A stretch of 64,000 nucleotides of DNA from Dimorphilus gyrociliatus (lineage: Eukaryota; Animalia; Annelida), in NCBI GenBank assembly GCA_904063045.1, contig CAJFCJ010000019.1, forward strand, positions 2,247,700 to 2,311,699. The letters are read 5' to 3'. Shown piece after piece: positions 11,955 to 23,608 of the stretch. Made by a program: the position numbers and the translations under genes. Each line of letters opens with the position of its first letter. Positions within the stretch are counted from its first letter, which is position 1. The notes under the pieces were generated by a model. The model did no database searches. It was not told where the DNA came from and saw nothing but the letters and a program-made list of their open reading frames with translations.

Positions 11955-13199
11955 TTAACTGATAGCTTCCTCAAAACCTGTACGACAAGTCATGTTTAAG
12001 TCTTTCTCTTCTACTTGATCTTCAATAACTGGATCGTTTGCCATACTTTCCTTAATCTTTTCAACGCCTCTCATTACTCTTAAAATATTTTTACCAGCCA
12101 ATTTAATAAGGTCTTCATCACTCCAGTTTCGACGAATAAGTTCAGCGAATAATTTAGGATAAGTTGAAACATCTTCCAAACCAATAGGCGTAAGATCAAC
12201 TCCGTCGTAGTCGCCGCCTATTCCAACAGTATCGATTCCAGCCGTCTGTTTAATATGATCTATATGATCGGCTACTTGGGTAAGGTTTGCCTTTGAATTA
12301 CAACTAATAAATCTGTTGTAGAAGTTGACCATAACAACGCCTCCATTATCTTTCACCCTCCTCAGAATATCGTCTGGAACATTTCGAAATGAATCGCACT
12401 TTGCTCTTGCCGATGAATGACTGTACATAACTGGTGCCTTAGTAGTATCAAGAGCATCTTTCATTGTGTTTACAGATACATGACTTAAATCGAGTATCAT
12501 ACCCATTCGATTCATTTCTTTTATTAATCTTTTACCAAAGTCGGTCAAACCAAAAGAGTTTTCATTTCCATTTTCGGTAGCCCAAGGTGTTGCACAGTTG
12601 TGAGTCAAAGTTAAATACCTTACACCTAATTCGTAAAACATTCTCAAAGCTGCCAAGCTACTATCAATCATATGACCACCTTCCATACCAATAAGCGAGG
12701 CAATTTTACCTTTTGTAAAGGCTTCTTCAACTTGATCAGCAGTTGTTGCGTATTCAAATACGTTGGGATACTTGGCGATGAATCTCCGAATAATATCCGC
12801 TTGTTCGAGAGCAGCCCTAACAGCATCACGATATTGCTGCTTGCATCCAACGTATAAGGCCCAAAATTGACCTCCAAGTAAACCTTCTTTCAATCGACTT
12901 ATATCCGTATGAGATATATTTCCCCATACTTTTTTCAAATCATCATTTAGATTTACATTGTTAAGTTTACTTTTAGCTTTAGCAAGAATTCTCCAAGCAA
13001 GATCGTTGTGACCATCGATTAGAATATTATTCTCTAAAATCCACTTTGCTCTTTCAAAAGCGTCGGAGGGACCACTAGATTTCCTTGTTAATCCGACAGA
13101 CAATCCAATTATTATAGCTAAAGCAACGATACCGCCGACAATACCAATAATAATCCATTTTCTCCGATTTTTATTTTCACCTACGAAACTTTCGTGCAT
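11955..13199 (-). CDS. DPEP1: Membrane dipeptidase (peptidase M19, renal dipeptidase family), type II anchored, intronless
   Basis: IDGHND, GGQFW, GMEGGH, TLTHNC, DLSH, SHS, GIGGDYDG motifs; N-terminal TM WIIIGIVGGIVALAIIIGLSVGL. Confidence 0.93.
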   Translation of the reverse strand: MHESFVGENKNRRKWIIIGIVGGIVALAIIIGLSVGLTRKSSGPSDAFERAKWILENNILIDGHNDLAWRILAKAKSKLNNVNLNDDLKKVWGNISHTDISRLKEGLLGGQFWALYVGCKQQYRDAVRAALEQADIIRRFIAKYPNVFEYATTADQVEEAFTKGKIASLIGMEGGHMIDSSLAALRMFYELGVRYLTLTHNCATPWATENGNENSFGLTDFGKRLIKEMNRMGMILDLSHVSVNTMKDALDTTKAPVMYSHSSARAKCDSFRNVPDDILRRVKDNGGVVMVNFYNRFISCNSKANLTQVADHIDHIKQTAGIDTVGIGGDYDGVDLTPIGLEDVSTYPKLFAELIRRNWSDEDLIKLAGKNILRVMRGVEKIKESMANDPVIEDQVEEKDLNMTCRTGFEEAIS

Positions 13200-13821
13200 G
13201 ATGCCTGAGGATCGAATGCAACTCTTATTTTATTGAGAGTTATTTTTGAGAGTTTTATACTTTATAAAAGAGCGATAAAATATGCCATTGGCGGTAAATT
13301 ATACAGCACACTTCGCGTTTATCTTACGGTTTTATTCATACTAAAAATCTAAAAAATTTCTCCAATTATCCCGTTTAAAATAATACATGTTAATTAAAAG
13401 CTTAGATTTAATTTAAAAATATTCATTATCTTATTGAATATTATAATTTATTCATAAAATGCATTGATGTTGTTTCCTATCCTTCAATAGTGAAACTGCC
13501 TATTTTTTTCGTTTACTATAAAAATATTTGGAGTAAAATAAATAGTTAATAAGAAATAGTTTCTTAATGGGCTTTTATTATAATTCATTAATCAAACATC
13601 AATGGGAAAATATCATAATAGTTTAATTTTCAAGTGTTATGTCTAATGCAAAAGAATCGATGGTTGCTACAACACAGCTAAATATAATACAGAAAATCCT
13701 CACTAGTCTTTGAGATTGTTTTTTAAGGGATACAGAATTAGATATTTCAGCACTTTTGCGGTTGAACAAATAGTGTTGATCGAGACTAATTCAAATATTT
13801 GGCCAGGATTAACAAGAAAGT

Positions 13822-16800
13822 ATGGGTTGTGGAGCATCAAATGGCGCGCAAATTAAATCTTTAGATTCCTTACCCTATACGTTCAGGATAAACACTGCTT
13901 GGGAACAAGCTCAAAAGAGCTGCAAGAAAAATACGAAGAAGAAATTGGTTGTTAACAGGAGTGGATGGAAAACTGTTAGAATCTTTGTGTCATCAACATT
14001 TAGAGATTTTCATGCAGAAAGAGAAATTTTAGTTAAACAAGTCTTTCCTGATTTGAGGACATGGTGTGAAAACAGAACATTACACCTCATAGAATGTGAC
14101 CTAAGGTAAGGATAAGAGTGTCCTCGTCGAAATCCACAGACACAGTACTCATAATATTTGTTACATTAAGTAATCTTTTCTATCATAAATAATCATATCT
14201 AGCGATCTCTTATGCCCTATACACAGCATTTATTATAATATTGTAACTAGGTGGGGAGTTCCAAAGGATTCTACAACGGAGCAAACTCTCAGGATCTGTT
14301 TAGAAGAGATTGACAGGTGTTACCAAGAAAATGTATGGCCTTTTTTCATTAACATGACATCGGAGAGAACTGGTTGGGTACCAGACGAAGACATTATTCC
14401 CGAATATGTGAAAAATCATTACCAATGGATAGATGGATTAAGTGTCACAGAAATGGAGATTATGCATGCGGCTTATCGTATAGATAATCCAAATGGTAGA
14501 TATGCCAATATAATTTAATATCAATATATATCATAAAAACTTAGAGCACAATTTAATAAAATTATACTACTCCTTGTAGCTTTATTTATGTTCCGAGATG
14601 CGAAATTTTTACAACTCCTTCCTAAGGATGTGAAATCTGAATTTACCGAATTAGAAACAGAAGTAGAAAGTCACTATAAACTTAAAGTACTGAAAGACAA
14701 CATAACGAAAAAATTTGTAAGTACACTTTTAACTAAAGAAGGTTCCATATACTAATATATATACAGTATATATATTTAGAACTTTGTCACCTCACAAGCA
14801 GATGGCGCCTCCTAAAAGACAATTTGGTTTAATGCAGTCGTATAAATTGTGTCTGTGTAGTGACAAAAATGTCAATATAGCAGACAACAACTACGTTAAT
14901 GTTATTTTCCCACTTGTTAAGAGATAAAATTTACCTGTAATACGGTAGTTTTTTATTTTAATAGAAATCATTAATTTTCAATATATTTATTAAATCAATA
15001 ATGGAGGAATTAAAAGTAAACACATATAATGTTGCTATAAACATACAAAAAAAAACAAGGAATTAACGACAATAACGAACAAAGGGTACTATTTTGACCC
15101 TATTATATTTCTCAGGGAAGTTTACAAAACTCATATTGTTCAGGATATTTTTATGTCTATATGTATATTCTTTTTAATGAAATGACATATTACAAATTGT
15201 CTTTACGCAATCATAACTAAACATTGCATATCAGATCTTTTCTGTATACGATGTTCGAATTGTAAAATGAATTTCGTATCTATTGATTTCTCCATAGATT
15301 AAAATCGATTTAGAACGTAGTGTATTTAAAGATTACTTTTAATTGATTTTATTGCTTTCTCTAAAATGAATTTAATATTGAAATATCAAAACAGAAGGAC
15401 AGAGTGAAAACGTACCAAGTAGGAGAAGTTACATATGATGAAGAAACTAATCAAGTAGAATTTTCTGGATTGGACGATTTTGCATCAAAAGTATTTAGTT
15501 TCTTTAAAAATAGGATAGAATTTCAATATCCTCTTGAAAAACGAGGCGATATGAATATTTATACAAGGAGAAAAGAACAACACGAATCTTTTATGAAAAG
15601 TAGAAGTGAAGATGTCCTTGGAAGAGATGATATCATAAAAGAAATGGAAGCCTACTTGTACGATTCTTCCGCAAACGTCCCCTATCTTGTTTTGGGTAAT
15701 GCTGGAAGTGGAAAATCATCAATTCTTGCAAAACTTGCACATAATGCATTGGAGAGAATTACTGCAGGTGATATAAAACCATTCAAAAATAGAGAATGGA
15801 GGATGTTTTGCCATTTTGTTGGAGCAGTTCCAGGCTCTACTGCTGTTGACGGTAGAAATAACTAAGATAACAAGTTGCTTTTTTTATAACATTTAATTGT
15901 ATTTTTAGATATGATTCTTCGCCTTTATAAAGAGATAACTGGTAAGGAAATAAAAGAAAATGAACGATCAAACGCAGTTCAAGTTGTATCTTCACTATTG
16001 GCAAATGACAATATTAACCCCACCATCATAATTATTGATGCTTTAAATCAGTTTGATAATGATGATGATGGAGCAAAATACGTTACTTGGTTGCCTAAAA
16101 AACTGTCGTCGGGAATAAGAATTATCCTATCTATGATTAACGGAACGCAGCAAGCAGAAGTTTTAGAGGGGAGAGAACCTAAGCCCAGAACATTAATTGT
16201 TTCAGAGTTAAATAGTGAAACTCGAACAGAAATAGTAACAACACTACTTGGAAAATACAACAAACGTTTGGATGAAGATCAAATGGAAGTACTACTGTCC
16301 AAGAAATCATCCCATAATCCTCTTTGGCTATCCATTGCGTGTGAAGAATTGAGAGTGTTTGGTAAATTTCGGGAAATTTCAAACAAAATTGACATTTTGG
16401 AGGATGGACTATTAGAATTAGAGGTACAAGTTTTAAGTAGGTTCGAAGAGGAAAATGGCGGGAATTTAATGATTGCCACTCTCTGCTTAATTGAAGTTTC
16501 CGGTATGGGACTACTCGAAACTGAATTGCTAACACTTTTAGGTCATGAAGAAATTTTAAATTTATCCAACGAAAAAGAAGAAATGGAATGCAGTGAAAAA
16601 CCAATAAATCATAATAAAAAATTACCTGCCTTTAAATGGGCCGAAGTTTTTAGAGCCTTAAAACCTTTTATTAGACCCTTTGGTGATAGTGGCGAAGGCA
16701 GATTGGATTTTTATCATAGATCTTTCAGTAAAGCAGTAAGAAAAAGATATCTCGAAAAAGCCGATGGTTATTTTATTTTCTAGTTATTATAATAACATTT

Positions 16801-17988
16801 CACTAAGTATTAACTTATATATTCTCGTCACAGGAACTGAAAATACTGGCATTAAAAAGTTTTGGCATTCACTTCTGGCTAATTTTTTCCTCTCTTCAAA
16901 AAACTTCGATAGAAAACTTGAAGAATTACCAATTCATTTGGTGGCTTTGAAACGAAAACAAGATCTTTGCGGCTTTCTCTCAGACTGGGATGTTATCAAT
17001 AAACTTTACGATACAATTTTTAGCAAAAAACTTGTAGACTATTGGCGACAAGGATGCTCCTTGACTGATATGATTGAAACATATACAAATATGGCCGAGA
17101 ATATTCTGAACAAGGGAAAAAAAACGAAAAATGATCACTTGGAAGCAAGTATATATCTTGAAAAATTATCAAGTTTGCTCACGCAAGGAGGAGAGTATAA
17201 ATTCTCTGTCGAGTTATGTTCTAAAGCTATATCCGAAGCTCAAGAGGGCAAAGCGGAAGATATTCGAATGGCGAACCTCTATTATTTAACGGGTTATATT
17301 CTAGATGAAAAGTTAAAATTAGATAATTACATCGAGCGGAGTCATACAGCAATTATAAAAAATATTCTTGAAAACTTTGAAAAAGCAATTGAAATTTGGA
17401 GATTGAATAAAGATAAAGAAATCAGGCACAAATTGGCACGAACACTAGATAGGTCTGCATTTCACTACACAGGTATGATTTTCGTTATCGTTTATTATTT
17501 AAAATTGATATATCTTTTTCTAATGTCTAGGTCTACAAGAATCCCTTGACGGCCAACAATTCAGAGAAAAGAGTATTGAATGTAATAAGGAAGCTATTGC
17601 TATTTTTAGGGAGCTGGGTGATAGACTTATGGAAGGAGATTGTTTAACTACAAGATCTCTAGCTTGTGTGAGAGGTGATCCTGAACAAGCAAAATTTTAT
17701 GATCTAGCTCTAGAAATGCTTACTCAAAATGGAGGAGATATGAATTTACAGATCCATCGTTTGTATTTAAATTATGGAATTTATTACGAAGATATTAGAA
17801 GCTATGAAAAAGCTTACGATATGTTCAGAAAATGGTATGATCTAGGTATTGAACTATTTGGTTTTACTCATCCGAAAGTAAAAAGAGCTATCGAAACATT
17901 AAACGAACCAATCTATCATAGAATTGCTAGGATCAGAAAGGATCCAATTCCAAATGCCTATGAAAAAGTTGAAGGAGAAAAAACCTAA
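13822..17988 (+). CDS. DUF4062-NACHT/STAND NTPase-TPR protein (TEP1/NPHP3/NWD-like), N-myristoylation signal
   Basis: MGCGAS start; VRIFVSSTFRDF..ERE..DLRWG (DUF4062); Walker A GNAGSGKS; Walker B IIIIDALNQ; NPLWL; FYH; C-terminal TPR-like helices. Large intron 14717-~15394. Confidence 0.85.
14795..14808 (+). promoter_or_regulatory. CTCF-like motif in large intron
   Basis: caagcagatggcgc matches 13/14 positions of CCASYAGRKGGCRS in an AT-rich intron. Confidence 0.4.
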
Positions 17989-18705
17989 AATTCATTTAAG
18001 TAGCCGAAAACACTACTCTTTATAAACTGATTAATAAAAAAACATATTTAAATATATTTTCACTGTTACAGATATATTTATAAAATATTTGAAGGCACTT
18101 TTAATAAATTGAAAATTATATGATTGTATAGTATTTAGCTAAGCTGATCATGATAGATTTGCTTATTCTGCTTATATCATAAATAATTCAATTTGGAAGT
18201 ATAGTATTATGATCAATGACAATATAAAAGGTATGCTATTGAATTCAATACACCTACGTTAGAAGTATGAATACTTTTGAATGCATTTAAAAGCAAAATT
18301 TTTATATATAGAAAGCTAGAAAATAGTGGAGATTATTCTGTTTTGGTATATTTAACTATTTAGCATAATGAATACAAACATTGAGCACGATGTAAATATT
18401 ATTCAACAACAAAGTAGCAATATAGAGTTAGTTTGTTTCCTAGGCAAACTGAAACAAACTAGCAATAATCGAAAAAGATTGAAAAAAATAAGTTTAAAAT
18501 CTGCAATGACTATATATATGAAACTAACAATGTCCACTATTATAATTGATTTGCAATGACATATTGTTTAAATACAATAGGATTAACTCGTAAAGTATGA
18601 TTCAGGTCGAATAACAATTTTATTTTTATTATAAAGTACATGCATTGATTTTGAAAAAATCTCAAAATATTTTTGGTCAACAAAAGTATTAAGTACAAGT
18701 TTGTG

Positions 18706-18722
18706 TATATATATATATATAT
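18706..18722. repeat. (TA)n microsatellite
   Basis: Direct reading. Confidence 0.85.
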
Positions 18723-18900
18723 CTAATATATATAGTAATTAGATAGCAGTAATTTTAACACGTTTGTTTATAAAGATCAAAACAAAACATACTTATATAC
18801 TGTATATCTACCAGTTTTCATGAAGGTGATTGTAAGAAAATGACAAGATTTAAACACAGCAACATTATTGCGTATTCTATATAGTTAAATATTGTCTCAA

Positions 18901-20595
18901 ATGAATTATCTTTTCTTTATATTTTTTCTTCATATTGAGCATTTATTTGCAATTCGCGTTTGTCAGAAAAATGATTTTAAACACCTTTTCAATTTAAATC
19001 TGGATGTTTGTTCCGCAATTCCTTTAATAGAAACATTTTCGAGGTGGAAATTTGATAATAGCCGCCTTAAGGAGCTTCCCTTAGATCCCGAAAAAAGAAA
19101 TTATGTTAGACGTAATGTTCATAATGCAATTTTTTCTCAAGTGCCAGTTACACCAATAAGATCACCAACACTTTTAGCTGTGTCGGATGATGCTTTGAGA
19201 AATGTACTAAATGTTCGTCCAAAAGTTACTCAAGACTCAAATTTTGTTGACTTTATTAACGGAGTCTTCCGTCCAGAGAATTCTCTTACTTATGCACATA
19301 GGTACGGCGGACATCAGTTTGGTTCTTGGGCTGATCAGTTGGGCGATGGTAGGGCAAATCTCCTTGGTGAAAGGATTTCGTTTGACGGTAAAAGATGGGA
19401 ATATCAATTAAAAGGATCTGGTCGGACACCATATTCAAGGGATGGCGATGGCAGAGCAGTTTTGAGATCATCAATTCGTGAATTTCTATGCAGTGAAGCG
19501 ATGCATTACTTGGACGTTCCAACAAGCCGAGCTGCTGCAATTATTGTTAGTGAAGACACTGTAATGAGAGATCAATTTTATGATGGTCATCCTCAACGCG
19601 AGAAAGTCGCTATTGTGTTGCGATTAGCTGAATCTTGGTTTCGAATTGGTTCTTTAGAAATACTGGCGAAAGGAAAGGAAATAGATAACCTTCGACAACT
19701 AATAGATTTCATTATAGAGAACCATTTTAAATCGATTGATCTCAAAGATGAAAACAAATACATTATATTCTTTAATGAAGTTGTTAATAATACAGCCTAT
19801 ACTATAGCAAAGTGGACAAGTATAGGCTTTGCTCATGGTGTATGTAATACTGACAATTTCAGCCTTTTGGGTCTCACAATAGATTACGGGCCTTTCGGAT
19901 TTTTGGATGCCTACAATCCTGGTTGGACACCAAATACATCAGATGATGAATATCGTTATGCTTTTAATAAGCAGGCTTTTGTTGGCTCTTTCAATCTGTT
20001 GAAATTAAGAGAAGCCCTCTTGCCTTTAATTCCTCATGAAAAACTACCCTCAGTTAGAAATATTTTGAATGGTTTTTACCCATTATACACAAGATATTTC
20101 AATAAATTATATTGCCAGAAATTAGCGCTAATTAAATGCGAAAAAGAAGACGAACATATCATAAATCAACTATTGAAAATGATGGAGGGAAAATCAGCTG
20201 ATTTTACAATGACATTTAGACAATTATCAGAGATTCGTCTGAACATTCATGAGCAAATAGATATTCCGAAAACGGCGTGGGCGCTAAAACATCTTTCGAG
20301 TCATAATCAGTTTGATGCCTGGACTAGAAATTGGATGAAAAGATTAGAGGAAAGTGGGCTAAATTTAAACGAGGCTAAACAAATAATGAACAGAGTTAAC
20401 CCCCGTTATATTCTAAGGAATTGGATATCTCAAGAAGCTATTGAGATGGCTGATAGAGGGGATTTTTCAAGAGTGAGGCTAATATTAGATATTTTGAAAA
20501 ATCCGTATAAACTACAAAAACCGGCAGAAGACTTGAAATATGCAAATAGGCCTCCAAAATGGGCTAAAGGCCTTAAAGTCAGCTGCTCATCTTGA
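18901..20595 (+). CDS. SELENOO: Protein adenylyltransferase SelO (Cys-type, ends VSCSS), intronless
   Basis: YGGHQFG..QLGDGRA, QLKGSGRTPYSR.GDGRAVLRSSIRE, HGVCNTDN, IDYGP, NPRYILRN, VSCSS-stop. First ATG 18901. Confidence 0.95.
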   Translation: MNYLFFIFFLHIEHLFAIRVCQKNDFKHLFNLNLDVCSAIPLIETFSRWKFDNSRLKELPLDPEKRNYVRRNVHNAIFSQVPVTPIRSPTLLAVSDDALRNVLNVRPKVTQDSNFVDFINGVFRPENSLTYAHRYGGHQFGSWADQLGDGRANLLGERISFDGKRWEYQLKGSGRTPYSRDGDGRAVLRSSIREFLCSEAMHYLDVPTSRAAAIIVSEDTVMRDQFYDGHPQREKVAIVLRLAESWFRIGSLEILAKGKEIDNLRQLIDFIIENHFKSIDLKDENKYIIFFNEVVNNTAYTIAKWTSIGFAHGVCNTDNFSLLGLTIDYGPFGFLDAYNPGWTPNTSDDEYRYAFNKQAFVGSFNLLKLREALLPLIPHEKLPSVRNILNGFYPLYTRYFNKLYCQKLALIKCEKEDEHIINQLLKMMEGKSADFTMTFRQLSEIRLNIHEQIDIPKTAWALKHLSSHNQFDAWTRNWMKRLEESGLNLNEAKQIMNRVNPRYILRNWISQEAIEMADRGDFSRVRLILDILKNPYKLQKPAEDLKYANRPPKWAKGLKVSCSS

Positions 20596-20791
20596 ATTTA
20601 TTCCCAACAAAAGAATTGTCATTGATTTATTTATTGCTGTTTCAAAACCTCTTAACTTATTTCATTTCATATATGTAGAACGCAATGCTACAAGCAATTA
20701 TCTGTCAAATAAAAAGTTAAAAAATTTTTCCAACAGGTGTCACTATCGACAAGCGAAGGTTCATTTTCAATCGAATCATTATTACCGTCGG

Positions 20792-21019
20792 ATGATACAA
20801 TTGCGCATTCCTCGCTTCTTAAGAATTAAGCGAGCTAACAGCGTTAAATTCTTGGTGCTCCTCATTATAGTTGAAGCTATTATCATTGGAACAGTTTTGC
20901 ATATGGAGCATAAAATGATATATGTCAATTGGGTAGCCATGAGGCGGAACAATACGATTATGTTATACGATGAAGGTGGAAATTTTGTCAGTGAATACCC
21001 AGTAGAAGATAATAGGTGA
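20792..21019 (+). CDS. Putative small type II membrane protein (~75 aa)
   Basis: ATG 20792; basic N-terminus (RIPRFLRIKR), then hydrophobic FLVLLIIVEAIIIGTVL, then polar tail; strong acceptor-like tttttccaacag ending 20737 upstream. Confidence 0.4.
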   Translation: MIQLRIPRFLRIKRANSVKFLVLLIIVEAIIIGTVLHMEHKMIYVNWVAMRRNNTIMLYDEGGNFVSEYPVEDNR

Positions 21020-21358
21020 ATGAACTATGATCAGACTTAAAGAGATAAACTTCTTCACCAGTCAAGAACTATTCAAGTGCAACTTAACTTAGTTTTTTTA
21101 TTATATAGATTGTTAATAAAAAAATAAATAAAATGATATTTTGAATAATTTCAAATTGTATTAAAGAAAGCCGATGTTTTCCTGTTTAATAATATAGAAT
21201 ACGGCCAATTACCAGAGAAATAACAATTTACAAAATATGTAGTAGACCCATGTGTATATCGATTGCTCTTTTCCAGTCAATTGATAGACACAGGACAAAT
21301 CATTTATTTGCAGAAGATCTAACTTCTGTGGTCTACTATAAAAACAATTTCAAAAAAA

Positions 21359-22668
21359 TTAATATTCTAGCTTCTTCGGTTGTTCCCAAGAAAACTCGGG
21401 TCGGCCGAAGTGACCATATGCAGCTGTTTTCTGGTATATTGGTTTTCTCAAAGCCAAATCCCTAAAAAACAAAACAAGTAAGTATGCTGTATGTATTAGT
21501 AAAAGCGTGCAATTCAATACTTACTTAACAATACGGCCTGGTCTTAAATCGAAATTCTTTTTAACAATTTCTAATAATTCTTCATCTGTTTTAATGCCAG
21601 TTCCATAGCTGCTCAAGAAGATTGAAAGAGGTTGGGCAACTCCAATAGCATATGACAATTGCACCAAAACACGTCTGCAGAGACCAGCTTTAACAAGAGA
21701 CTTGGCTACCCAACGAGCTGCGTAAGCTGCTGATCTGTCTACTTTAGAAAAATCTTTACCAGAGAAGGCTCCACCACCGTGAGCTCCCCAGCCACCGTAG
21801 GTGTCGACGATGATCTTTCTGCCTGTCAAACCGGCGTCAGATTGTGGGCCACCGATAACGAATCTTCCAGATGGATTCAAATGATAGACAGTATTGTCAT
21901 CTAAATACTTAACAGGAATGACTGGTTTAATGACCTTTTCCATTAAATCGACTTTTAATTGTTCTTGAGTGACTATATCGTCATGTTGTGTTGAAATAAC
22001 AACAGTATGAACTCTAAGGGGTACGCAAGCTCCCTTTTGCATTCTATATTCAACGGTGACTTGGGTTTTGCTGTCAGGACGTGCCCATGATAAACCACCG
22101 TTGCGTCTCAATTCAGATATCTTAGCATTTAGCTTGTGTGATAAAACAACAGTCAAGGGCATGCATTCATCAGTTTCATCAGTTGCATAACCAAACATAA
22201 TTCCCTGATCACCAGCTCCAATATTGTCATCGTCACGGCCAACGTGAACACCTTGAGCAATATCTGCACTCTGCTCTTCCAATGCTGACAATACGTTGCA
22301 AGTTTTGTAATCAAAACCTTTGGAAGAATCGTCGTAACCAATGTGTTTGATGGTGTCTCTGACAACTTTTTGATAATCAACATGGGCCTTCGATGTGATT
22401 TCTCCCAAAACCATTATCATTCCAGTCTTTGCAGCAGTTTCGCAGGCAACTTTTGCATATGGATCTTGACGTAAGTGGGCATCCAAGACGGCATCGCTGA
22501 CCTGATCGCATATTTTGTCTGAAAATCACAATATCAGCATGACAATTCAATTTTAAACAGGTTTATAATTGATAGCTCACCTGGATGTCCTTCTCCTACA
22601 GATTCTGACGTGAACAAGAAAGTATCAATTTGATTGTCACCTCCAACTTGCATGTTACTGGATTGCAT
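21359..22668 (-). CDS. MAT: S-adenosylmethionine synthetase
   Basis: Exons 22668-22581, 22518-21525, 21461-21359. [55 protein letters not shown]. Confidence 0.98.
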
Positions 22669-22739
22669 TTTAACTGTATAAGTTTTCTTATTCGTCACTG
22701 AATAACGTGGAAAAGAGGCCAATTCTTGTTAGCGCTGGC

Positions 22740-22915
22740 TTATATAGTTTGAGAAACACGTGATCTCTAAGTTAGATAGCTGATTGGCTGGTAATGAACT
22801 CGTCCACTATCACTTCTATCGGTAAACTCTTCCTGCCACGTGACTTTGAAGTTTGAATCGTAAGCTGAGATTAGATTTAATTTAAATCACTAATTTAATG
22901 ATTTTTGGCGCGAAA
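22740..22915 (-). promoter_or_regulatory. MAT promoter: TATA, two E-boxes, CCAAT, E2F site
   Basis: TATATAA on minus strand 22746-22740; CACGTG 22757-22762 and 22837-22842; ATTGG 22783-22787; TTTGGCGCGAAA 22904-22915. Confidence 0.6.
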
Positions 22916-23608
22916 TTCGACTTAAAGTAATCTTAGGTAAAGGATTTTCTTTATCCTGTCTATATTAGAAAGTATATTTTACATTTAATAAGGCAAAATT
23001 TATCGACTTTTGTGCTTTCATTCGGAAAGCCGCATGTTTTTCCCATTTGCGTAATAAAGCAGAGTTCATTACAAAATTTCAATTCTCTTACAACCAGATA
23101 AATGAAAAACTATACTTTCTGAAAGTTTAAATGTTTAAGATATAAAATGTAATGGTTATTTTTTCAATAAAAAAAGAACTCTGGAATATTCTTAAAGCAG
23201 TCCATGAAAAGTACTCAGCAGACTTTCGCCATGTCAGATTGGTTTAAAGACTATATTTTTTTATTTTTACTTCTTTACCTTCATTGAGCTGACTTACCTA
23301 AGTCACTTCACTCTGTACGCGGCAATCACAATGAGTCTATCTGAAAGTTGACCGTGCAGTATTTTCTTTAAATAAACGTAAACAAGTTCTAGTTTCGGAC
23401 AGATCTTTCTAGTTTTTTTCGAAACAAAACAGTCCTATCAGTGCGATAAGTGTATATACAAGTGCTTTGAAGACTTGGAAAATTAATAAGGTAAAAAGGT
23501 TAAAATAAAAAACAAGTCTAAAACTTGAAAAAATCTCTATTATTTACTAATCAAATTTTAGTATATTATATATTTTATATTTTCTCCTTATTAATTATTT
23601 CATAGAAT

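Noticed and set aside
18000-18890. ORF 18368-18559 and AT-rich spacer
   Set aside because: Low-complexity composition, no motif and no splice partners.
20593-20700. SelO terminal TGA as a selenocysteine codon
   Set aside because: The Cys is already at the Sec-equivalent position (VSCSS), this is the normal family end, and I see no SECIS-like hairpin.
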